Source: Felis catus
Lineage: Eukaryota
Assembly: GCF_018350175.1 (NCBI RefSeq)
Contig: NC_058380.1
Location: forward strand, 91,512,001-91,576,000
Reading direction: 5' to 3'
DNA: 64,000 bases
The translations under genes were made by a program, and so were the position numbers. The number at the start of each line of letters is the position of its first letter. Within the stretch, counting starts at the first letter, position 1. Under the pieces are notes generated by a model that searched no databases, was not told the origin of the DNA, and worked only from the letters and a program-made list of their open reading frames with translations. Positions 22,816 through 34,800 of this stretch are shown in pieces.

Positions 22816-23884
22816 GTGCAATGATTGTGGTGTGGCATTCGGTGACCATGGGGTGACCACACCCCTGGGGTGGTATGGCATGATCAACAGTCATTGTCAC
22901 CATGCTGGTTGCCACAGTGACAGCCCGGGGACAGTGTGTGGGGCAGCTAACTGGCTGCTCCCCAATCAGCCTGGCTTGGGGCCCCGGGTTCTCAGGCTGC
23001 AGCCAGAGCGCGGGACCCCAGCCTTGGCCTGTCCCAGTGCTAGACAGGCCGGACCTGGGCAGAGACTGGGGTCGTGCTGGCCAGGGACAGTCTTGGCACG
23101 GGGACAGGTGACTCACCTTCCCTTTGTGGCCTTGGGCAGGGGGTGGCTCTGCTGATCTGGCCCCTCACGCATGCCCAGGACTGGATGCCAAGGGAGAGGT
23201 GGCCCCCCTGGTGTCTGGGTACTGGGTACCTGCCACAGCCCCTGGCACTGAGGGGCCAGTGGAGGGAATAGCCTGAGGGGCTGGGGTCAGGGTCCCAGCT
23301 CCCAGCAGGGGCCTGGGGCCACCGCCTCCCGACCTGGGCTCTCGGCAGCTGCGTGTCTGCACCGTCCGAGCTCCTGCCTGGGCTCCGAGGCCCCTGCTGC
23401 CGCCACAAGGCTTCACACTGTCGCTTGGACAAGCCCCTTCCTCAGAGCTGCTTGCCTTCTGCGTGAGCCCCCTCCTAGCTGCCACCACCCCATCTTCCCG
23501 AGGCTCCCCCACTTCTCCTCAGGGGTCAGCCCATGTGGCCTTCGCAGCCCTGCCCTCAAGAGCCCGCCCTCCCCCGCGGGCCTTCACTAGGGGCGCAACG
23601 TGGCCCAGGGCATCACCCAGCGGCCCAGAGGCTGGGAGAGGCCTGGGTGTGTCTCGGCTGGGTGGGGGGGGGGGGGCAGCTGGGACACTGGCAGGTCTCT
23701 CCCACCTCCCCGTGACTCAGCAGTGGCCCCTAGAGGACAGGTGGCTGGGTGCACATCCCCTGCCCTGACACCACACCCTGGAGCCCTCTCCCGCTTCCTG
23801 TGTCTCCAAGGTGACCGTCTCCGTGGCGACACGGTGGGTGGCAGGAACCTGGAGGACCCGGAGAAAAGGCATCACTAGCCCGGT

Positions 23885-23960
23885 GGGGCGGGGGAAGTCG
23901 GGCCCAGAGTCCAGCCCCGCCCGGGCTGTCACGTGAGGGTGGCACGCCGGTCATGTGACC
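23885..23960 (+). promoter_or_regulatory. DPP7 proximal promoter with two CLEAR/M-box elements and GC boxes
   Basis: GTCACGTGAG at 23928-23937 and GTCATGTGAC at 23950-23959 each differ by 1 nt from the CLEAR consensus GTCACGTGAC (TFEB/TFE3/MITF). GGGGCGGGG lies upstream. DPP7 is a lysosomal peptidase. Confidence 0.75.
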
Positions 23961-23981
23961 GCAGCCCGCGGCAGAGCGGAG

Positions 23982-26900
23982 ATGGGGACCCAGCTCCAGC
24001 TGGCCCTTCCCTGGGCCCTGACCCTGCTGCTGGCGCTGGGGCTGTGCAGCCCGGAGGCTGGGGGTGAGTGCGGGCCTGTGGGCGCCCCCCGCCGCCGTGC
24101 CCAGTGTCCCCATGCGCTGAGCACTGCGCCCCTCCAGCCCACAGAGTCCCCCAGTGTGACTTCCAGGAGGGCTACTTTGAGCAGCTTCTGGACCACTTCA
24201 ACTTCGAGAGGTTCGGCAACAAGACCTTCCTCCAGCGGTTCCTGGTGTCAGGTGAGGTGGCCCTGGGGGTCCCGGGGCCCTGAGGTCCCGCCCTGTGCCT
24301 CACCCGCCCCCTCCCGCCTCCACCCGACAGAGAAGTTCTGGAAAAGGGGCGAGGGGCCCATATTCTTCTACACGGGCAATGAGGGCAACGTGTGGTCCTT
24401 CGCCAACAACTCGGGGTTCATCCTGGAGCTGGCGGCACAGCAGGGGGCCCTGGTCATCTTCGCGGAGCACGTGGGTACCCGCACTGGTGGCAGGGGAGGG
24501 CGGGCGAAGGCGGGCGGGGCCCGGGCTCAGTGTCTCGTCGGCCACCTGCAGCGGTACTACGGGAAGTCGCTCCCTTTCGGAGAGCGGTCCACACAGCGCG
24601 GGCACACGGAGTTGCTGACCGTGGAACAGGCCCTGGCCGACTTCGCGAGGCTGCTCAACGCGCTACGGCGGGACCTTGGGGCCCAGGACACCCCCGCCAT
24701 CGTGTTCGGTGGCAGGTGGGTTCTCGCCCGTCTCATTTCTCCCTGAGGCACAAACACGTGGCCGGCCCCAGGGCCAGAATTTCTGGGAGACACGGAAGTC
24801 TCAGGTCCTCCTGGGGCCACCGTGGGCTCCAACAAGGGAGAGCGGAGAGGGGTGTTGGGGAGGCTGTGGCCCCAGGCGCTCTGTGTCCCCGCCCAGCTAC
24901 GGGGGGATGCTCAGCGCCTACATGAGGATCAAGTACCCGCACCTCGTGGCTGGGGCGCTGGCAGCCAGTGCACCCGTTGTGGCTGTGGCCGGCCTCGGTG
25001 ACTCCTACCAGTTCTTCCGGGATGTCTCGGCGGTGAGTGAAGGTTCTGGGGCCCATGGGCCGGACCAGGCTGTGGTGGCAGCTGCCACGATCCTCCTTTC
25101 TCCAGGACTTTGAAGGCCAGAGTCCCAAGTGTGCCCAGGGCGTGCGGGACGCATTCCGGCAGATCAAGGACTTGTTCATACAGGGAGGTGAGCGGTCCCC
25201 CCCACAACCCACTGACCGCCCCTCGCCTCCCTCCTTCCCCCCAATCCTCACCCAACAGCAGCCTCCGAAGGCCATCGTCCCGCCTTCTTCTGGCAGCTTA
25301 TGACACGGTCAGCCAGGAGTTCGGCACCTGCCAGCCCCTCTCCGGCCAGAAGGACCTGACCCAGCTCTTCGGGTTTGCCCGCAATGCCTTCACGGTGCTG
25401 GCCATGATGGACTACCCGTACCCCACCGACTTCATAGGGCACCTTCCTGCCAACCCGGTCAAGGCAAGGAGACTCTGGCTGGGATCTGTGGACAGAGAGG
25501 GGCCCGGCCGCCCCCGGGTGGCCAGTGGTGGCCAGCCCGAGAGCCTTGAAGCCACTCTGGGGCCTGGGACCAACGAAGGGTGAGCTGGGGAGAGGGCTGC
25601 AGGCCCAGAGTGTGGGTCTTTGGTTGGCACCCCTAGGTTGGCTGTGACCGGCTCCTGAGCGAGACCCAGAGGATCAAGGGGCTCCGAGCGCTGGCTGGTG
25701 CGTCTGCCCCTCGGCCCTGGGCCTGGTGCTGAGCGTGGGGGGGGGGGGGGGTTGTGGCTTGGGGGGCAAGGGTCACGTGGAGGCCAGGAGCACAGCTGCC
25801 CCCGTGCAGTCCCTAGCCCGGAGGGGGCCGGTGGGGGAGGCTCTGCTCCACGGGGTCTCCGACAAGTTCCGGCCCGGCCACCGCCTGGCCACCCTCAGCA
25901 GCCAGAGCAGCAGCTGAGAGCCCCGCCCCCAGGAGCCCCACGCCTCACGGGCACGTGTCCCCCACCAAGGGGGCAGGGTGGCCATGCAGGCCCCCGGCCC
26001 CAGCGCCCCTCTCACCAGGGCTGGTGTACAACTCCTCGGGCACGGAGCCCTGCTATGACATCTACCGACAGTACCAGGCCTGCGCAGACCCCACAGGCTG
26101 CGGCTCGGGCCCTGACGCCAAGGCCTGGGATTACCAGGTCCGGGGGTGCCGCCTGGGGGTGCGGGGTGAGGTCGCCCGCCCCGCCGGGCCGACCTCGGTG
26201 TGTGGCGTCCCACAGGCCTGCACCGAGATCAACCTGACCTTTTCCAGCAACAACGTGACCGACCTCTTCCCCGACCTGCCGTTCACGGAGGGCCTCCGCC
26301 AGCAGTACTGCCTGGACACGTGGGGCGTGTGGCCCCGGAGGGACTGGCTGCGCATCAGCTTCGGGGCGGGAGGTGAGGCTCGAGATGGTGGCATCCTTCC
26401 CTCTGTGCTGACCCCCCCCCCACTCCCCTGATCTCCGTGGCTCAGACCTGGGGGGCTGGGCCTGCTCTCCACCCCCACATCTGTGCTTTCAGACCTCAAA
26501 GCTGCCAGCAACATCATCTTCTCCAACGGTGACCTGGACCCCTGGGCAGGGGGCGGGGTGAGTCTCCCTGGGTTCCCCAGACTCCGCTCAAGAACCGGCT
26601 CTGCCCTCGCCAGGCTGCACACGTGGTTCTGTGGGTTCTGTGCCGCCTTCGCTCTTGTTCCCGCTTTATCCCCTCCTCTCCTTTGCTTTTTTCCCTGACT
26701 TCTTTGTGTGAACTGACATCTGGCTCGTTCATCTCCGTCCTTCCCTTTCAATGAGGCCGCTCAAGGCCACGTAGTGTCTTTAAGTCATGGCCTCGGCTGT
26801 GCCCCACGGGCTGGGACACGAGGCCCTGGAGCAGGTGGCACCGGGCGGGCAGAGGTGGGGTCGGCCGTGGCCCAGAGCACGGCGAGTAGCCGACGGAATG

Positions 26901-27313
26901 TCCTTTGACGGACACAGATACAGAGAAACCTCAGCACCTCTGTCCTCGCTGTCACCATCCGGGGAGGAGCCCACCACCTAGACCTCAGGTGCAGTCCCGC
27001 CCCGGCAGGGGAGCGACGTGGGGCCCCAGGCCGTGGCCGGGTGTGGGCTGAGGTGGGGTGAGGCGAGGCTCGGGCCTGCTGCCCGGCTGAGGCCCCATGC
27101 CTTCTCCTTAGAGCGTCTCATCCACGAGACCCCACGTCTGTCCGGGAGGCTCGCAGGCTCGAGGCCAGGCTCATCGGCGAGTGGGTGGCCGCAGCCAGAA
27201 GAGAACAGAGGCTGCAGCTGGCCGAGCGTGGGGGACTCGGGGGGGCTGAGGAGCGCTCCCAGACTTGGGACCGGACAGGCCCGCTGGGGAGCAGCTCAGG
27301 GCGCTGGGGGTGA
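23982..27313 (+). CDS. DPP7: Dipeptidyl peptidase 2 / quiescent cell proline dipeptidase (S28 serine peptidase); 13 exons, about 519 aa
   Basis: Exons 23982-24063, 24138-24251, 24331-24470, 24552-24715, 24897-25032, 25106-25187, 25297-25463, 25637-25697, 26019-26137, 26216-26372, 26493-26557, 26918-26988, 27112-27313; phases consistent (1560 nt). Signal peptide, [17 protein letters not shown] and [12 protein letters not shown]. Catalytic motifs GGSYGG (Ser), NGDLDPW (Asp) and GAHHLDLR (His). Intron 7 has a GC donor. Confidence 0.96.
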
Positions 27314-27453
27314 GGGGCTAAGGCCAAGGGACGGGCCAAAGAAGCATCTGGTGGCCTGGTTGTGCACAGCACAGCGCAAAGCATGGTGTCTGTAGTCCTC
27401 ATGGGGTGACAGACCGGGCACACTGCCACACCTCTCAAACCAGCCTCGTGTTT

Positions 27454-27459
27454 AATAAA
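27454..27459 (+). terminator. DPP7 poly(A) signal AATAAA
   Basis: About 140 nt after the stop, followed by the GT-rich CTGTGTGTGGTCT downstream element. Confidence 0.85.
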
Positions 27460-28183
27460 ACAAAGCCCTCAACCTGTGTGTGGTCTCAGGGCAAGGGGTG
27501 GGCGCTGGGGCCCACTGGAGAGGGGGGGGCGGCAAAGCTCTACCCACGACCGCTACCGCGGCTGCACCCCTGGCTGGGCAGCTGCCAACCAGGCCCCTGG
27601 GTGCAGAGGGGCAGCCGACAGCCATGAGGGGGTACAGACCCCACTTCTGAGACAGGCCCGGGACCCTGTTCCAGGCACAAAACACATGGGACTAGGGGCC
27701 AAGAGCAGAAGGCAGCCCCAAGAGCGGCCACCAGCCCCCAGGGCTGCTGGAGCGACAGGAGTATAGAGTGTCTGAGAACTGAGGTCCTGCCCAGCACTGG
27801 GAGCGTTGGTCTCTGCAAACGCAGAGAGACTCAAGCTTTTCAGGCAAAGAGGACCTTCCGGAAAGAGTATCACATAGAGAGGAGCTGGGCCTGTCCCACG
27901 GGGCCACCTGGTTCCAGGAGGCAGGATCCCAAGCAGAAGCTGGGGGTTGTTTCTGGAAAAGCGCCCTGAGTCCATGCTCAAGGAGGGAAGCGGCAGGTGC
28001 TGGAGGAGGAGCAGGTGCAGGGCATCAGCTCCCACGGGAACCTGGACTCCGTGTCCACACCGCCTCCTCCCAGCTCTCCAGCCTGGATGGTGACAGTGGG
28101 AGTGTGACGCATGCCCCACCCACGGCTCAAGGAACACAGGCTCCATCACAGACACGGGAGACACCAGTCAGGGCAAATCCACG

Positions 28184-28189
28184 TTTATG
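28184..28189 (-). terminator. Putative variant poly(A) signal CATAAA of MAN1B1 copy 2
   Basis: Followed on the minus strand by the GT-rich GGTGTCTCCCGTGTCTGTG; convergent with the DPP7 3' end about 725 bp away. Confidence 0.55.
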
Positions 28190-28876
28190 CTGCCTGGAAA
28201 GTCCGTTCTGTCGGGTGGTCCAGGAGCAGGATGAACTTGTCCACCCGCCCCTCCCCACCCCTGCAGGGCCGGGGGAGGATCCCTGAGTCCAACATGTAAA
28301 CACCACAGCCGGCCAGGTGCCCGGATTCGCAGGAGGTCACAAGTGCCCCCCCCAGGACTCCCGGGTCAGGGCACATTCACAGACTCTGAGACCCCGGGCT
28401 GAACCGCATGTCGGGCTGTCCCTTCAGCTCATCTCAGAACATGTGTGGGTCCAGGAGACCCAGAGCGGCCCCAGGGGACAAGCAGAGACACTGGGGCCAC
28501 ACAGAAGACGTTTGGGGATCAGGAATGTAAGTCGTGATTCAAGCAGGAAGGTCCCCAGCAGGTGGGGCCTCGGGGATTCACGGCGCTGACCTCACGACGC
28601 CGTCCGGCGTCATGAGAACCACAAGCCAGAAGTGCAAAGCCAGCGGCAAAGCACCGGGCGCCCAGCTGCCCTGACCACCTCTGAGGCCCTGAGATGTCAG
28701 GCTCGGTAACCCCCTGGGGAATGTCATCAGCCTGACCCTGGAGCACGGACAGTCGGCCGAGGGGACACGCCGCGGCCAAGGTCGAGAGAGCGAACCTACC
28801 CAAGGCCAGGGTTCCGAGGACAGGTACCCACAGACGCAAGACGTGTGAGGCCCCCGGGCAGTGCCCACGGGGGGGG

Positions 28877-31800
28877 TCACCCCACCCTAGGCGGGGCCCA
28901 GATGGGCAAGGGGTGAGCCTCAGTGTTGAACACGTAGGCGTCCAGGCTGAGCAGGGCCGGGTCGTCGGAGAAGAGCAGGTACAGGTACTTGAGCGTCTCC
29001 CCCAGAAAGAAGCTCTCCATCTTGTCCCGGGGCTGGGGATTGAGGGGATCCTGGACGTTGCTGATGGAAGAATAGCCACCCGAGGGGACCTGCACGAGAG
29101 CGGAGACCGCGGCGTCACCACGGCTGCAGGCCCAGCCAGCTCCCCACGCCGGGCTCAGCCCTCGGGGGCGCCGGCGGCCGCAGGGCCCCCGGCCGGGGCC
29201 CCTGCGCCTCACCGCGGCGGCACCCGTGGCCAAGGGCCGGGTCTGAGGCAGACGACCCCAAGGTCCGCCGGGGGACCGGCCCCCCGGGAGCTCAGCCGCA
29301 GCTCCTCCAGACGGCCCCCCTCAGAGACGCCAGCCGCCCTCACGTGACCCGACGTGCAGCCCGTGCTCCGGAACCCGGAGGCGGCCTCCCGAAGGCCCCC
29401 GAGCACCTGAGGCGGCCGGGACCCACCCACTGCCCGGCCGCCACAGGGCATACGCGGGTCGGGTTTTGGCGCTCGCGCTCTGCCGGGGTGGGTGGCGGGC
29501 CCCGGACACGGCGTGACCTCCGAGCCCCGGCCCAGACCGCGAGACGGGTGTCGGGGCCACGGTCACGGCGCCGTCTGGGGTGGGAAAGGGCTGCCCGGGG
29601 CCACACGGAGGATCCGGGAGGAGAGTCGCCCTGTGCACACGGGGCCACAGAGCCTGGTCCCCGAGACCCCGGGGCACGTGGCGCCGAACTCCCGAGGCCG
29701 CGGCGAGCCTGCACCACCCCCGCCCCCGGCCCCCTCTGGCTGCCCCGGCTAGGGGAGAGGGACTCAGGGCTGGGCAGGGCAGGCGCTCACCCGCGTGTAC
29801 TTGTTGAAGCTCTGCAGGATCTCCCAGCCCCAGTCCTGGTACTTGCGCTCTCCCGTGAGGCGGTGCAGGTAGAACAGACTCTCCACCGTCTCGGGCCGCA
29901 GCAAGTTGTGCCTGTCGGCCGGCTGGGCGGGGGAGGGGGGAGGGGGGAGGGAGGGATGGGGGACACAACACGGGCTGAGCTCGGCCGGCTGGGGTGGGGG
30001 GACACGGGAGGAGCTAGGCCGAGCCCGCAGGGCGCCCCCACGCCAGACCCCAGCCCGGCTCACCTTGACCTGCACGTCCTTGCGGTCGCTCTGGGGGTAC
30101 AGGTTGAAGTGCACGATTTCGGGGCTCAGCCCCGTCTCCATCTGGCGGTTCATCTGGTAGCAGGTGTCCATGAGCGCCCGGGCCAGCTCCATGTGGTCGG
30201 CGGGCAGGCCGTGGTGGGCGCCCAGAGCCAGCGTCCCTGGCAGGAAGCACACCAGGTGGTCCTGAAACCAGAGCGGTTTCCTCACCACTGTGAGTCGGTG
30301 GCCACGTGGGGCACGGGCGGGGGCCACACCGGGTGCAGGGTCCAGCGCTCCCTCAGGCCCTCCGCATCCCCAGGGGTCGACGGGCCTGAACGGGGACTCC
30401 TCAGGGCCCACAAGGGCAGGAACGTGGAAAGCGACTCCACTACGGGCCCGGCCCCTGGAGCTCCACATGGGCAGGGGGGAGGGTGGTGGACGACACCCGC
30501 CTGCCAGGGGAGTGGATGCTGACCCGGGTCTGGCCCTGACCCCACAAACACTGATGGAGTACCAGGGGCAGGGGACAAGTAACTAGACCCAAGGCAGAGG
30601 GCAGAGGGCAGGGGGCAGGGNNNNNNNNNNNNNNNNNNNNNNNNNNNNNNNNNNNNNNNNNNNNNNNNNNNNNNNNNNNNNNNNNNNNNNNNNNNNNNNN
30701 NNNNNNNNNNNNNNNNNNNNNNNNNNNNNNNNNNNNNNNNNNNNNNNNNNNNNNNNNNNNNGAGGGGAGGGGAGGGGGGGACGGAGGAGGGGAGGGGGGA
30801 GGAGAGAGGGGAGGGGGGGAGGAGAGAGGGGAGGGGAGAGGAGAGGGGAGGGGAGGGGGGAGGGAGTGGACTCTTGGGGGGGGTCCTGGGGAAGGCACAG
30901 GGTCCCCGGGGGACGGGAGCGGCACCCCGGGGGAGGGGCCAGGGACCCATCACAGACCCCAGCCCCCCTTGCCGCACACCGCCGCGCGGTCCATCGTCGA
31001 CCTGTGAGGGCTCACGCCCCACGACCAGAATCTGAGCCATCTCTCCAACGTCCAGACTCGCGAAGCCATCGGGGGCCCAGAAAAACGGGTGGGTGCCGCC
31101 CCCTACGCCCCACCTGCATCACGACCGTGCTCACCATCTTGGCGCTGAAGCGGCCGTGGGCCAGCTCCCCCACAAAGGTGAGCTTCCTGGGCTCAGACCT
31201 GCGCAGCAGGTGCCTTTTGATTCCCTCGACGGCTTCGAGGTAGTCTTCCAGTAACCTGTGAACCGGCAGGCCCCGTGGGCTCAGGCCAGGTGGGTGCGCG
31301 GCCCGACCCCCTGCCCGGTTACCCAGGAGCGGGCACGTGGCCACGAGCTGCCATCCCCACGCTGGCGGCCTAGAGGCCTGGTGGCACCAGGTGGCACCAC
31401 GCCAGCCTGGAGATGCAGGCTCGTGGCAGTCGGCGGCCTGGGGCACACACGGGGCTGTGCCCGCCGCTCCCCCGAACAGGGTCGTCCCTCTCAGCCGGCC
31501 CCCGTGGACCACCCGGGACCCCACGTGCCCACCAGGGTTCTCTCAACGTCCCCACGTTCAGGCGTGGGGAACTCCGGCTCCCCAGGCGTGATGCCCTGAT
31601 CTCTGCCCGTAGCGGTCGGCCTCCTGGAGCTGCCCACCCCCAGCGGTCCTGGGTCGTGGTCACCCCCTGGCGTGAGACTTCAAGGATTTCCAGTCCCTTC
31701 GCTAGAGTGACCTGTGTTTTCCCGACCGCACGACGAGGCTCCCCGAGGCACTGCCGTCTGGGAAAGCGCACGTCTGAAGCGTCAACCCGGCAGCGCGGGG

Positions 31801-34800
31801 AGGCCCAGGGGCCCCCGGCCACCTTCTGCTGGGGAGCGGACAAGCGGAGCCGCCTCCACAACCCCGAGGACGAGAGCTCGGCCGGTGAGCCGGGGGCCCC
31901 TCGGCCGGGCCCAGACCCCAGGCCCTGCCTGGCGCAGAGGGGCCGGGGACCTCCGTGACCAGCCAGGCGTCCTCTCTGGCACGAAGGCCGTGCCGGGAAG
32001 AGACACATCCCCCGCGGAGGGGCCGAGTCCGGGTCCGGCACGGCCGCTGCCTCCCGACCGAGAACTCGGGACAAGGGGAGCCTCGGGGACCCCGTCCCCG
32101 AGGCAGCAGAAACAGGCCTCACTGCGTCTCCTTCTTTCCGCCCTGGATCCACTGCTTCAACAGGTACTCGTAGTAGCTGTCGGCCCTGGCGCCCAGAGTG
32201 AACACTCCCATGTGAGTGAAGAGGCCGCTGTGCGTGTTGATGAACATGGGCACCAGCCCGTCCTTCTTCCCCGACAGGGAGTGCACACGCCTCGTCACCT
32301 CCTCCGCGGCCTCCTGGGACACACACACACACACACACAAGGGGAGAGTGCGGGTGAGCCAGGGGGACGGGGCTGCCGGACCTCGGGCCAGCCGAGGAAG
32401 GCGGGCCTCGTCGGCTCACCCCTCCTCCGTGACAGGCGGGCCCGTTCCCAGCGGAGGACGGAAGAGGACGAGGACGGAAGAGGCCGGTGTCCCGGCCCAC
32501 GGCGCTCCCCTGCCCGGCTGCACCGGGCAAGGGCTCCTGAGGGTGGCCCCGGCCACGCGGCAACCAGGTCCCCACCCTCACACGCGGCTGCCTCGATGAG
32601 CGGGCAGATGCCGAGGGCCCCGAACACGGGGCTGAGCTCCTCTTCCTGGCAGGGGACCGTGTCTGAAGGCCACAGCCGCGGTCCCCGGGACCTCCTGCCC
32701 AGGCATGGCCGTCTGCTCCCGCTCGCTGGAGGGAAGGCAGGCGCGTCTGCTTCCGGGCCCGCGGTCGCGGCACACCCGCCCGCCGATCCTGTTCATCCTT
32801 CGAGACCCAACCAACCTCAGCTCCTCCCGGGTAGCGCCACGCATCTGTGCTCCATGGCCCTGTGCGCGTTTGCTCACGGCGCTCGGGACCCTGCCTGGGG
32901 AGTGACTTCCTGGCCTCCACCCGCCACGGACGCCCGCCCCCTTTTACAAAGTCCTCTGAGGCAGGGGCGGCTTCAATTTCCCTTGGGTCTCCAGCAGCTA
33001 CAGGGATCCGGCATCGCAACGGCGCCCGGCCGGCGTCTCAGAGCAAACGGAGAGACGCTGAGCTTCCGGAGCACGAGCCAACGACAGGAAAGCCGCTAAT
33101 CCGCCGACAAGCAGACAGGCACCCGGACGCCCACCTCCACCCGGGAGATGAACACGGGGCCTGTGGGCGTTTGGAAAACGCCACACGTCATCAGGACAAA
33201 ATCCACGGCCCAGAGGAGGCACCCTCACGTGCCCACCGCGAAGGCTACCGAGAAAGACCGGAGGACAAGCGCGGGCTGCCGCGGAAAAGCCAGAGCCCCG
33301 CGTGCGCCTGGAACCTTCTCCCGGGAGCGCCGCTCTTACCACCCCCGCGTGGGAAACAACCCAGCTGCTCCTCAACGCACGAGAGCCCGGACGGCACGTG
33401 GTCCGACCGCACGATGGCAGACCGCCGGGCCACGAAAAGGGATGCTTCGGACACGTGCTACGACACGGGTGCGCTTCTCCCGGACGCTTCCAGCGCGGAC
33501 GAAGACGTCACGCGTGGCGACAGAACCGGCCACAGACGGCCCACGCCGTACGTAGGACCTCACTCACGCCGAGCATTCCAAACAGAGAAAGCCACGCACG
33601 ACCAGTGGATTTGCGGCCACCGAGGCAGGGGGCCCGGGTGGGAGCGCTAGGGTGCGCTGGCCTACTTCCTGAGGCGAGGACCTGGTTCTGGAATCAGACG
33701 GTGGCAGCCGCTGCCCACGTGGGACTGTGGCGCGATGTTCAAGCCAAGAGGCAAAACTTCCTGACGTTCAAATCGCAGCTCAGGTTTTTCAGGAAGAGTG
33801 ACGAGGCAGAGCGCCAAGTCCAGAGGGTCCGCCGCGTGCTGGAGACTCACCCACGAGGAGAGGGACCCCGGCCAACGGGGTCGGGGCGAGGGTCAGGAGC
33901 GAGGTCCACGAGGACCGTCAGCGACGGGCTAGCGAGGCCGAAACCCACGACCGTGGGCCCCTGCCTCGCTCCCGCCACGGACCACCCCCGGGGGCCACCA
34001 CAGCACGAGGCAGGGGGCAGTTGGGACCCCAAGGACACGGGCCCGCGCTCGGACTCAGCCCCCGGTCGACGCCCTTCCCGCCCGCGCAGCTGAGGAAAGG
34101 CGAGGAACGAGGGACCGGAAAGCACACAGGACGGTGGTCCCGCGGCCCGGGGTCAAGTCCACGCACGCCTCCGCTTGGTGTGACGCCTCCGGCCGGCAGG
34201 CCGGCCCCCCGTACCTGAAACTTCTTACTCCCCGTGAGGCGGGAGAGCTCTCGGAACTCCAGCTGAATGCTCGTGACCTCGGCCACCGTGCTGTCCGAGG
34301 TCCAGCGGGGCGGGTGGGCGGCTCCGGTGCCGATGTTCACGTCCGAGTATGGGATCCTGGAGGGCGTCTGGAACGCAGGCAGCAGCCGATTCCCAAAGTC
34401 TTCCTGATGACGCGACACGACGAGGACCGAGGTTTCCCGTCACACGGCAGCCTCGGCTCCGTTCCACGACGCCCACCCTCCCGCCCCACCCCCGCCACCC
34501 CGCCACCCGTGCTCACCCCCGTAAGTGGACACGGGACCTCACTGGCTTCACGTGGCCTCGGCGCTCAACAGCGGCGAGACCGAGGAGCCCCGAGAGCACT
34601 TCCCCACGGGTCGCGACGGTGACGGGGACCTTCCCACGCACGTGCGCGGGAGCGAGACCCAGACGACCGGGGAGACGGGAGTCCCGGAACAGACCCCCGC
34701 CCCCACCCCCCGGGGGCCCCTCGAGCCGCGGAACCTCCGCCGGCGCCCGGACACTCACGGCCTTCCTCAGGAAGAGGTCGTCCCCGGACAGGTGGTAGGC

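Noticed and set aside
22142-23116. 324-aa Pro/Val/Cys-rich repetitive ORF
   Set aside because: Translation of the GGGACA minisatellite.
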